Of a DNA stretch of 64,000 nucleotides, positions 51,219 through 62,617 are shown piece by piece (positions within the stretch are counted from its first letter, which is position 1; each line of letters starts with the position of its first letter). A program made the position numbers and the translations under genes. The stretch spans positions 172,020 to 236,019 of the forward strand of contig MU006094.1 of the NCBI GenBank assembly GCA_010093705.1. The letters run 5' to 3'. Under the pieces are notes generated by a model. The model made no database searches and was not told where the DNA came from. It was given only the letters and a program-made list of their open reading frames with translations. The DNA comes from Patellaria atrata CBS 101060 (taxonomy: Eukaryota).

Positions 51219-53050
51219 ACTGTGCTTTACAAGTAGGATCGATCCTGCTAACCTCCGACTATGCCCGCGTGACCTGGTGCATCAGTTGGTTGTACAACTC
51301 AATTAGAAGGGCCTGGCTGGACGGATGATGTTAGCTATAGCACAGAAACGCCACCCACACCAATTAACAGCTGAAAAGGCCACGAAAGCCACTCAAACAT
51401 CTCACGTCCGTACATCTGATAAGGAATCCCTACCGTCCAGCACCCTAAAGTCTTCTAGGGAGCATAATAGCAACATTTTCAGGTATTGGGGCATTTCACA
51501 ACATTCGTTCTTGGGGTCAATCCTCACCACGCTTCAACAGTATGTATTGACCGATTACCTTAGATTCAAGTGTCCAGAAGAGTCCATCTCAGATTGCGCA
51601 CTTTACAAAGATCGGGTCATTCGATTCGAAAACCTTTTGGGAATATTTCCGTAGATCCAATTAATAACGTAAGTTGAGGGGTATTATCAAAGCTGTTAAC
51701 AGCATCCGACTTCCGATCTTTTGATGGTATGTGATAGCTTTATACTTAGAAATGCCTGTTAGATTCCCTAGCTCAAACTGGGGTGATATGTAGTATTTTA
51801 CTCGTCTACGGTTTATACCTAGCATCTCTTCAAAATGCTCATAGAATATCGTGGAACTCTATGTATAACGGTTTGGTTTCAAAAAGTGCAAAAGCAGTTG
51901 GTTTCAAATGTAGTGCACTAAGACTAAATTGAATGTTGAACTCCTACGTCAGTACTATTAAAGGTCATTTGGAGCAATATAAAACGGCTGGTGAGGGCAT
52001 GTCGGCGAGTGGTAAAGACGTACTCTTTATATAGTTAGCATTCCTAGGGCTGACCTAAATCAGGTTTAGTTCCGTCTCATAAATCCCTCTAACTAAATTC
52101 GCATTTCACCCCAACCGCACATCTTGCATTCTTGCGGTGTAGAACTTGACATTATTCGTTAGGTTGCACCTGGCCGTTGTCTATGATCTTTTGTCGGGTT
52201 TCATTCACGATGGGATTCTGTACAATAATAGGTCGGAATAGATAAACTCGTAGGTCGGTGAGATCTAACTATAAGTACACTGCTGGCTAAGACCAATGCC
52301 GTAACTACCTTAGCATGCAGAGACTTCCGGGAAAGATCTAGTCTCTCACAGAACAACGCATAGATTCAAATCGTGCCCGAAAAACAGAGGAGTGTACGCC
52401 GGACCGGGGGAATCCCTTTATGGTATGTCTGACCCCTCACGCAATCCTTTACGCATATAATCGGTTCGCGGCCAAGGCGATATCCACCTCACTGGAGAAG
52501 AAATAAAAGGAAATCGACATCTTTATGTACAAATACAGTGGAGCGCCTGATCTCACCATCTGAATCCCAAAGAACTTATGGTCTGCATGAACATACCACA
52601 ACCAATAGACCATGTGGTCCTTATGAACACCATGACAATGCGTCGGGATTAGCAATGCATCTACTCCCCGAGTTCGCCGACCTCATCTTTCTTTGCTTCC
52701 TCCATTACAGCGCAGTTGGGCTGTATTGCAACTGTGTAGGGTGATTCGTCCAGGTTGCCACTCCAATAGATCTTAACTGCAAATGCCTCAGTGCACAAAA
52801 GCAACCCTTACGTCCGTTACTCGACCCTATGGTTACGTACAGTACAGTGAGCAGTATGCGAGTAGATTTTATAGTTCTAAGTGCTCTCAGTTATGGTGTA
52901 ATGCATCCTTTAAATCACTATATCACTTCCCCTAGTTCTATCCCCTAGCTTCACATATCTTAGCCACTTTTAGTTTCATATACCCCTTGATCATTCTTAT
53001 ATGTGCAGTTCTTTCGACAAAAGAGATAACTTTTATTGTCATCTTTAACT

Positions 53051-54108
53051 ATGTTCACTCCTCTCGAGACAACCCTGGGTGCAATACTTCTACATCAAGC
53101 ATCGTCTCTTCTCTTATTCAATAATGGAAAAATTCTGGGCATGTCAGGAATCCTAAGGGACCTTCTATCCGGTGGTTCTCGTACTCATATCCTTTTTCTG
53201 GTTGGTATGGCAACTAGTCTTGTGTTCTTGAAAATCATGTTACCAGTCGCGATACCTCCAAATTACACTACAACAACTACAACTCAGGGTTCTCTAGTAT
53301 GGACGTTACTGTTAGGAATGATGATAGGTTGGGGAACGAAGGTATATTTTGACCCAAATCTGTGTTCCGAATCCACCACATCCACTTATATCTGACCCCA
53401 TTTGTTCAGAAATCGAATGGGTGTACATCTGGTCATATGCTTTGCGGACTACCTCGACGAAGTGGGAGATCATTTGTTGCTGTCGGTATCTTTTTCCCCT
53501 TTGCTATTGCTACATTTCACTTAATGAACCCCCTTTTACAAAATGACGTGTGCGGTTCGGACATAGCGTGCTACCACCCGACCTATCCTTCATTTGGGGA
53601 TGCGGTGAAGTATATTACGGTTACTATTACGTCTATCCTAGCCAGTCGTATCGCTCCAGATATATGCGCAAAAGGAAAAGAGGGCAAGATAATCGCCCCA
53701 TATATAACCCACGCTTTTTCCGGCTTCCTCTTTGGACTTGGCCTGCTGATATCTGGCATGTCGAATCCAGTGAAGGTGCAGTCATTCTTTTTCATAGTCA
53801 GTAGATCGTGGCAGCATTTCGACCCCTCTCTCGGATTGATCATCATTTTTGGCATCATTCCTTCCTTTCTACTCAACGAATACCGAGGATTCGAAAAAGC
53901 TCCACGGTATCTCCCAACATTTTCGTTTTCTTCTCAAACCATTAAGGACGTCGATTTCTCCTTCGCAGTCGGTGCCGCCGCTTTTGGAACCGCTTGGGGC
54001 ATGAGTGGAATTTGCCCGGGACCGGCAACTCTGAAAGCAATGGTGCAGCCACAATGGGGTTTAGGTTGGCTTACTGGATTCATCGCTGGCACATGGCTTT
54101 CAGGCTGA
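53051..54108 (+). CDS. YeeE/YedE (TsuA-like) sulfur-compound transporter family membrane protein
   Basis: MFTPLETTLGA..NNGKILGMSG; GWGTK|..NGCTSGHMLCG; FGLGLLISGMSNPVKV; FDPSL; FGTAWGMSGICPGPA. Intron at ~53342-53409. Confidence 0.88.
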
Positions 54109-54777
54109 GGTAACTCGCTCTGGGCTGTTGACATATGATGTTCGGCTAATAGGTATTTAGGATTATAAATCCAGATTCTAAATTGATCATCGCTCTCTAC
54201 TACTTGAAATGAGCCGATCCGGATTCCGCGATTCGGTGAATGCTATCTTTTCCCCGTCTTGGGTGGCGTTCCTGGTCTGCAGAGTAACTACCCGCCGAAT
54301 GCGAATTCGTACAGTCGGAGACACCATTAAGTGCGTCTGTACAGTAGCCGGAATTCCCACGACCGAGGAAGAAATAAGTATGAGATGAGCTACGCCATAG
54401 ACTTTACATTATTTACTACCTTAACCCGTGATCATATATGTCACGTGTGAATCATCGGTAACCTATCTGGCAATAAATCTCTAACTTGCACATGGCATTC
54501 ATTGTACCTCTTCACCAGTAACCTTGTCGGAGGCCAAGACTCAGAACTTACATTTTTTGACCACACTCCATCGCCAGTTTTATACATTCCAACAAACTTG
54601 AATTTCTACCTCGCTTTCTTTCTACAAAGTATTATACGATTCTATACACCTTTTCGAATCGAATCCGAGTATCCACTCCGATCTTCTATACAACACTCAG
54701 GGCAAACGACTCACAATCCAGCATCATAAGAGAAGATCAAGTCATCCAAAGATAAGAAGAGGTCGGAAAAGCGTTTT

Positions 54778-55254
54778 ATGACCTACACCTATCTGCGAAG
54801 TTCTAAATACTTTCAAGCTGCTACCGATAGGGAGTTATCAAAAGAGCTTCCCGCAATTGAAAGCAACTTCTTCGATTTGTATAAGATATGTAGATACGTG
54901 GTCGTGTTATTCGTTAGCATCTTGCTCAAGTTGAGAGAATATTTTAATCCTACGATCAAGTCAGAATGCAATTCTAGAGAGGAAGAAGCGGTCTGGTTCG
55001 TTGATTGCATGCTCAGATTTCTCGCCACATCTGAGTATGTAGATGCTGCTAGGAAATTGATTAGGCGCGTGGACTACTCCAAGTTGGACTATCTGGATAC
55101 CATAGAGTTAGTAGCAATAAACGAACCTTCTGCTGAGGATCTCAACCTATGCGATGGCAGTTTGAGGTTGCTTTATATGGCGTCAGCAGTTTGCTCTGCA
55201 ACAGAATGTATTTACGTTACGGTAACGCAAACGGAAAAGGAAAAGAAACAGTAG
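54778..55254 (+). CDS. Orphan ORF (158 aa), possibly an exon of a lineage-specific gene
   Basis: Open frame with protein-like composition; no recognisable motif. Confidence 0.25.
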   Translation: MTYTYLRSSKYFQAATDRELSKELPAIESNFFDLYKICRYVVVLFVSILLKLREYFNPTIKSECNSREEEAVWFVDCMLRFLATSEYVDAARKLIRRVDYSKLDYLDTIELVAINEPSAEDLNLCDGSLRLLYMASAVCSATECIYVTVTQTEKEKKQ

Positions 55255-55960
55255 GGTAAGAAGTCGTTTTAATGGACAATCTAATGTTTCTCTATCAGTG
55301 TCACCTTCGACGCAATATATCAGGTAGCCTCTGTTGTAGAATAATCTCTTTATACTTACCTCGATTCAAATATATTGTTCTTCACTGTCCTAATCGCATA
55401 CTAAGTGACTGAAACTCTAACTTCCTTTGCATATGGACTTCATCTACAAAATAAATTCCTTTGTATAACTACTCGGACTGTAAAGCGACTCTTTCTTATA
55501 CCTATTGTGAGAACACCCCTCGCGTACTATATGCTGATCTATTCATCTTCCTTCAACTTTACAGCGCTGAAATAACTGAGTCTACGGGATTCCCAATTAT
55601 ATATAGATGAGTATCAAAATTTGCTAAGATATGGTGGTCTAAATATCATATAAGAGAATTGAGGACATATAAGGGATCTGACCACACCGATAGTGAAAGA
55701 CTTCTTATAGTTCACGCTCAAAACTTGCCAGTAGTAATCTAATAATGGTAAAGATGCCTAAAACTACCAAACTTAACAGGGAGAGTTATATCATTTCCAT
55801 AATTTCATCCCGCCCATTTGAAGGTTCATCATCAGCGGATAATCTGTGTGACAGTTCTCAGTTCGTTCTATAGCCTATTCCCTCGTCGCTACGTTCTAAG
55901 TTTGCACTCGTTTCGCCTCGCCTAAGTGAAAATCAAACAAGACCCTTCTATACCATGACG

Positions 55961-56176
55961 GAAGAATCGGCATTCATATAAATCCACGCGGTGGTCAAGT
56001 GATGTGGGCCTGAGGCTCACATCATGTCACCCAAGCGTCGTGGTCTCCCTGGTGCCATAGGTTCGATTCCCGGCATTGCCATTGTGTCAAAATGGGGGGA
56101 GGGGTTTCAGGAAAGTGCCCTGAGGGAATACGGAGGGGGGCGGGCCGTATTAGAGGATTCTTTCTTTTTTTTTTTT
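55961..56176 (+). ncRNA. Candidate Pol III structured ncRNA (tRNA-type internal promoter, not a canonical tRNA)
   Basis: A-box-like TGGTCAAGTGA (55992), perfect B-box GGTTCGATTCC (56060), oligo-T from ~56165, and several hairpins. The acceptor stem and T stem do not pair. Confidence 0.55.
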
Positions 56177-56921
56177 AACTTTTTTTTTCCCTAATAATGT
56201 TATGGAGCCGATGGTTGGTGTAATACTGTATAAAACTTCGCGTACCTCATTCATAAGTAGTCAATTGGTAATTTGCTTTTATGCTTCACGGTTGGTAGAA
56301 TTCTTCGATACGAGTCCGGTTGTGATAATCTTTTTAAGACAGATATGTTGAGAGGAGGCGTGGCTTTTAAGAACCTCGAAAAGAGCAATAGGAAACGGAA
56401 ATAATCGTAACGTGAATGCTTTAGTTGAATTACGAATACTTAACTTCACAATCTTAGCATAGCACTTACTGGGAAACTATAAAGGATTCACGGAGCTTTT
56501 CAGTGGAATCGTTGGGGGGTAAATACTCGCTCTACGATATACCAATTGCAAGGGGAGGGGGATGAAGAAAATACTAAGATACAGCCCTTGCATAACACAA
56601 CAACTTGAATCGGGGAGAGTAGTAGAAAAGGATATATTTAGACTCGTTGGGTAGAACCAATTACACTGTCCTAAATAGAGAAACACAGGCAATTCTTGAG
56701 TTGTTCCGCATGCTACAAAATAAGAAACAAAAAAAAAAAAGTTACGATAAAGGAGGTGCATATAAGAGTCACGCTTATTCACTTGTAGCTTAAGGTGGGA
56801 CCATCCCTGCAACTAAATTCGACATAACCTCAGTCCCAAGCTCAAGACAACAACCAACCATTCAAACAACAACCCTCATCTCAACCTCAATCCCCCTTAA
56901 ATAATCTCATCTACGTTCAAG

Positions 56922-57617
56922 ATGATACTACGACAACCAACCACCCTCCCTCTCCGCCTCGCCTCCACAACCCGCACCTTCACCACCACCCCCTCCGCCC
57001 AAAGGTACAAGCCCATCTTCCCACCCTTCTCCAAACCCCCCCCGCGAGTCCGCGAACCCCCCCTCATCCCAAATGACCTCGCAATCCCCCCCTATCCCCA
57101 TGGCCCAAACAAATGGTTCAAACAATCCAACCACGGCCTCTACGGCGGCCTGACCCGCCGCACCGGCAACAACGTCTCCTCAAAAACCAAAACCAAAACC
57201 CGGCGCAAGTGGCTGCCGAACGTGAACTACAAGCGAATCTTCTCCATCGCGCTGAACCGGCGCGTGCGGGTGCGGGTCAGCACGCGCGTGATGCGGACGA
57301 TTGATAAAGTGGGCGGGCTGGACGAGTATTTGCTGGGCGAGAAGAGCGCGCGGGTGAGGGAGTTGGGACCTCTGGGGTGGGCGTTGAGGTGGAGGGTGTT
57401 GCAGACGCCGTATGTGAGGAAGAGGTTTAGGTTGCAGAGGGAGGCGCTTGGGTTGCCGGATCCGGAGGTGGAGATGGGGGTGAGGGCGGAGGAGGTAGAG
57501 GCCCAGGTTAGGAGTTTTGATGAGAAGTTGGATCAGGAGGATCGGGAGGAGGGGTTTGTGCCGGGGACCGATGTTGAGTTGAAGGCTCGAGGCGAACAAG
57601 GCGCTGTGCCGGTTTGA
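56922..57617 (+). CDS. MRPL24: Mitochondrial ribosomal protein bL28m
   Basis: WFKQSNHGLYGG..GNNVS..KTRRKWLPN..MRTIDKVGGLDEYL..ELGPLGWALRWRV; N-terminus resembles a presequence. Confidence 0.92.
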   Translation: MILRQPTTLPLRLASTTRTFTTTPSAQRYKPIFPPFSKPPPRVREPPLIPNDLAIPPYPHGPNKWFKQSNHGLYGGLTRRTGNNVSSKTKTKTRRKWLPNVNYKRIFSIALNRRVRVRVSTRVMRTIDKVGGLDEYLLGEKSARVRELGPLGWALRWRVLQTPYVRKRFRLQREALGLPDPEVEMGVRAEEVEAQVRSFDEKLDQEDREEGFVPGTDVELKARGEQGAVPV

Positions 57618-57892
57618 TCTGGGTCGTGTCGTTGGTGGTAAAACTGCTACGGGGTTTGTATTATAGGAGGTATGAGGGTGAAATATATAGCTTGACCTGA
57701 TCAAAAGGATGCTCGTGGTCATGAAAGGGACACATTCTGTATAATACAATCATTCCGTCTACGTACATGCGATGTCTCGCGTGTCCGTGTACTATGTATC
57801 TGTCATCACTATGAACATCCCCCAAACTAAACCTCCAAGATTCATTCCATCAAATAATTACAAGCATATGCAGTTACAATCGCTCAAGGCGC

Positions 57893-59096
57893 TCACCGTC
57901 CAGTTCTCTGCCTCTCAATCTCGGCCCTAAATGCATTTCTACCTTCCTCGGTTGGCGTACCAACCAAGCTCCCTAGATCCTCATCACGAGCATAACCACC
58001 TTGAGGTTGTCCGAACTCTCCGCGTGGAGGCGAGGGAAGATCATCCCTGTACTGGTGCTCCCTTGAAACCTCTCGTTCCTGCAATCTGATCGCACCCTTC
58101 TTTCCCATACCCAATCTCTGTCTTCGACTCTTACCCGACGCATAGCCCCTATTACGAGACATGATATTGCCCAATCCGATGGTACGAGTCTTACGCATAC
58201 CGAAGAGAAGACCAAACATGACCAAGAACAAACCTCCAAGACCGATAGGCAACCCAACTTTCAAGCCCATGTCGTTGGGATCGATATGGTTCTCTGGTGG
58301 AGGAGGGTAGTGGCTTGGGGGTTCGTGTCTGAGCTCGACGGTTGGTCCTGTAAACCAGGTGGCCACCTCGTCGCGACCGTCCTCGAACTGAACGGCTAGG
58401 AATGTGAGGTTGAACCGGGTGTAGCCGTTCAACCATTTACCTTCCATTTTTACTGTTGCGAAGCCGTCGCTGTGCGGGACTTCTCTTGATTGCCATGCTT
58501 GGGTTTGAGAGGAGTTGTCAAAGTTGAGTGCAATGGCGACGGTGGAGTTGTCGTTGAAGAAGGCGGGATTCCAAGTTACTGTTGAATGTGAGTAAGACGC
58601 TTCGCAATGGATAATGTATGCTAACCATAATATATTTTACCAACGTAAACCTCAGTGTTGTTTGTGGGTTGACAGAATGGCTTCGCGTTCGGATCTGTAC
58701 ATCGGATTGATTCGTCGGTGCTCACAAGTGGAGCATTGGTAGGTCTGGGTGTAGGACTAGCAGTAAGCTCAGGTTCTGCAGTTTCTGACCTATCTCCAGT
58801 CACAGTCGCACTTGCGGATTCTGAATCGGACTCGGTAGGTGTAGGGATCTCTACTTCCACGGTTGTGGTTGTTCCATTAATAACCGTCTGAACAAGAGCA
58901 ACTGTAGGACCCTCAGTGATTGCAGTGTCGGTTGTGCTAGGAGATGCTATGATACATTATCAATACTCTGACACGTCAATTGGGTCAACAAAGTCTTACA
59001 GTCTTCTTGTCTGTACTCCAATGGTCCTGCAATTGCACTCAGAACGAATGGAGACAAAGCAACCAGAGCGGTAAAGCTCCCAGTAGTAAATAACAT
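57893..59096 (-). CDS. Type I membrane protein, DUF4448 (Psg1/Ykl077w-like), 3 exons
   Basis: Signal peptide from ATG 59096; Ser/Thr-rich stalk; PFCQP..VGKIYY|VTWNP; TM VGLPIGLGGLFLVMFGLLF; cytosolic GYASGKSRRQR. Confidence 0.72.
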
Positions 59097-59825
59097 GCTG
59101 AAGACGCTCACGAAGACGCGATAATTGAAGAAACGCAAAGCTTCTAGTAAACCAATTGGTCAACACAACGTTCAAGCAACTCTTAGAAAGACAAAAAGAA
59201 GGTGGAGCTTGAGGAGAGCAAGCAACGGTTAGGTATGAAAGACGGGAACCTGGAAAGCTTCAACAAGTCAAGATTGAAAGGCTTGAATGTTTTGCAGCGC
59301 CATGAACAGGTCAACACCGACATCTTCTGCCCAATAGTCTCTTGAATTCTCAGGGGTAAAGGAACGCGAACCTTGAATGAAGCTACAAAATAGTTCCAAC
59401 AAATCAAATATAAGCCGAATCTTTACCGGTAGTTTGGAGTGAACTTGGTGAACTTGATCTGAGCGCGGTACTTTCTCGGCTAATGATTGGTTGTTTTCCT
59501 TTTGGTCGATGATGTTTGCCTAGACTGCAATTAATTGCTTGATGCTTACCCGGCGAACTCTTTTACTCTTGTTTATCTTAAAACTTCCACTTCTTCACCC
59601 TTTCTACCTGTTACAGGCATCGCTTTCTCCTTTCAAACTGTTGATACCTATTGTTGTTTTAATCGCATGAGCTACGTCTGCTGTAATATTTAAGTTGCTT
59701 CTTGTCCCTCTTCGTGACACCAGTTTCCTTCTACTATCTCTCCGCTGCCACCGCACTTCCTGAACGAAGGCTTGTTCCGATTCTTTAAGATACCCTAAAT
59801 AACATCCTCAGAAGCGCTTGAAATC

Positions 59826-60741
59826 ATGCGTCTCCAAAATACACTTCTCCTCGCGCTACCCGCTGTAGCAATTGCTCAAGGTCAGGTCCCTCTCGGAGAC
59901 AGAGTAAAGGGACTCGTGGATCAAGTACAAGGCTGGGTTAAGCAAGCGGCAGGCATCGCGTCTTCCGCGGCGCCTTCAATTCCAAAATCGACCGATGCTG
60001 CTGCTGCAAAGGTTGCCGATGCGATAGATGTCCCCCACCTTACTCTACAAAACTGGAAGTCCATCCTAACTCCGAGCGCTTCCGGCACGAGCTCAGGTCC
60101 CGAGGAGTGGATGGTATATGTAACCGGTGGGAACACAACCTGCTACGGGATGTGCGGCAATGCTACGGCAGCTTGGAATGTATAGAATACTGCCACCCAA
60201 AATCATGGTAAAAAGAACCACTAACGATATCCCAGAAAGCCGTCCCCCAATTAACAGCTCGTCCCAATGGACCAAAGCTCGCCGTACTAGACTGCGAGAC
60301 TGACCAAGTCCTTTGCAACTGCTGGTCCGCAGGTCCGCCTACGGTCTGGCACTTCCTCCTCCCGCAACCTCTTCCAGACCAATCCAAGCCGGCGACCACC
60401 GTGCGCATCATCGGCGTTAACCGCGCAAATGCCACAGCCTCTGACATCGTGAAGATCCATACCGAGAAAAAGTACCTCGAGGAGGAACCGTATGAGGGCA
60501 TCTTCCACCCCTTCGACGGTACCTTCGCCCAATATGGCCTTAGCGTGCCAGTTGCGTACATTCTGTATGCTTTTGCTAAGATGCCTAACTGGTTGCCTAT
60601 GCTTGTTATCAGCATGTTTAGCAGAAAACTCATGTAAGTCCCCCCTGCTATGTTTTTCTGATTCACCGTGTTGACTATCCGAATAGGAGCCGAAGGATGA
60701 ACAATCAAGCTGGCGCCGCTGGTGCTGCTCCCGCGCAGTAG
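59826..60741 (+). CDS. Secretory-pathway thioredoxin-like membrane protein, 3 exons
   Basis: Signal peptide; LTLQNWKSIL..EEWMVYVTGGNTTCYGMC..AWN; LDCETDQVLC..W; C-terminal TM. Stop TAG at 60739-60741. Confidence 0.65.
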
Positions 60742-62617
60742 GAGAATATGCCATGATGTCGAGACCGGCGTAGTCTCCGGAGATGTGTGAATGTTGATAT
60801 ACCTTCAGAGAGAGATCATTTATGAAAGGGTTTAGGGGTCTGCTGTACGGATTTGGACAGCGGTTACGACAGAGTACGGCACGGGATGAATGGTCTCGAA
60901 TCATTCTTATCATTGAAAATTCTTATTATTTTGATTTGCATTTCTCTGGTTCGGAGGTGGAACTTTTTCACTGCTTTTACGACCAATTCTACTCGTAGCA
61001 TCTTTTGAAGAACTGATCCGTCCACCCATACGTCTTGGGAAAAATAGGTGCACCTCATACAGTCAAAATCGGTTTGCGATACCGATCTTCATTCCACTCA
61101 GTTCGAACCGTGGCATCCCCAATTACAAACCCCCCGGAACCTAATATCACATATCGGTTCCTGACTGACTGAGGCGGTGTTCCCCCACCAGTCCCGCGCC
61201 CCCTCCCTTACCATCTTCCACCATATGAGAAATGCCACGTGAACGAATATACACAGTTGAATTGATATCCAGTTGTGATGTACCGTACGTGGTCTATCTA
61301 ACGGAGGTAACTTTCGTAATTTATGTGGGAATGTGGGGATGTTGGACGGTATTGTACCATCGGGACTACTAGCGACTATGTAATCCCTTTTTTTTTTGTT
61401 TGGGGGGGCCTATGGTTACCTTACTCACCCCCTGTACGAATGAGATCAGATTAGGTGGAATGTACAGTACAGTACACAAGCCATTGATACCCTGATCCCA
61501 TCTGAACAACAAAAAGGTTAAAAGTAGTTACAAGCTTAAGGTAGGATATGAGTCGTTCAGGAACTGAAGCCAGAGCCGAATATGACGGCCGAGGGGAATT
61601 CTATTGGAACTGGCGAGAGTACCGATGAGCAGAAACTGTGAACTGTGAGGGATGGCGATTGGTATGGCTTGAGACCGTAGCGGTCACTATAGAAGTAAGA
61701 GTCCGTTCTGGCAATCCATCGACGTCCTGGTGATACAGGATTTCTACAGTCTCTAATGTAAACGTGTGGTAGTATGGTTCTGGGGTTCCGTACGTTTCGA
61801 TTTTTACCGTATGGTGGGGTCGGAGTTAGGTTGAGAAGGGAGCGCACGGTGGGCGAACAATTGCATGAGTGGGAAGGGATAGGGGATAGGTGGAATGTAC
61901 GGTTGAGAGGAGGATGAAGTTGAGTGAAAGATAGCCCTGAGGTCGGTATACAGGGAAATGGATGTACGAGGAGATGGTAAGATTGTAAAACAATCTGCAG
62001 GTCTGTACTATAAACGACAAGAAGCCGTAAAAGCCACCGCAGGTCATGAATAAGACCCTCGTCCTTAAGACATTGTCACAGCGAAGAGCAAAGTCACAGG
62101 AAAACAGATCAGAGGCGAGATGATGAACACAGCGAACAATAGTCGATTACCATCCTCGACGCCGTGGAATAGTACGCCGTGGCCAGAAGACTAAAAAGAA
62201 AAAGCGACCCTACTATACACACACAGAGTGACCCTGGAAAATTAATGTGCAAACACCGCGTCCTCCCACCTCCTCCAAAAAGAGAAACCCCAATCGATAG
62301 ATATAAGACGGAGCGAGATAGATAAGATAGACAGAGACGCCACGCTGATATTCCCAATATAGATAAACGAGGTGTATAAGATAGGTACGAGAGATGCCAG
62401 AAACCCCAGGAAAGAGAAGAAATAATTGCCTAAGAGGAGTAGAAATGATAATGAACACGTGGGAATAATATGTAAAATGAAATAGAAAATAGAAAAAGCA
62501 ACGCGCATAAAGGGATATCGGTAAAGACGATCGGGCAGCGAGGATGGGTTATAAGTATCCAGAGTAGCTGATTTTCTCCACATCTACGACCCAATCTTTT
62601 ATATCTTCGCACCTTCT

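Noticed and set aside
51232..51265. Helitron 3' end (hairpin plus CTRR)
   Set aside because: No correctly spaced CTRR terminus or 5' TC boundary could be identified.
50654..51328. 224-aa ORF or CRISPR-like array over the 17-bp repeat
   Set aside because: The units are contiguous with no unique spacers and the host is eukaryotic. The ORF arises from a stop-free repeat plus Ns.
55352..55361. ATACTTACCT, identical to the U1 snRNA 5' end
   Set aside because: No U1 stem-loops or Sm site follow. It equally reads as a splice donor on the minus strand or as chance.
55985..56081. Canonical tRNA gene
   Set aside because: The acceptor and T stems do not pair and no anticodon arm can be assigned. Kept as a ncRNA candidate instead.
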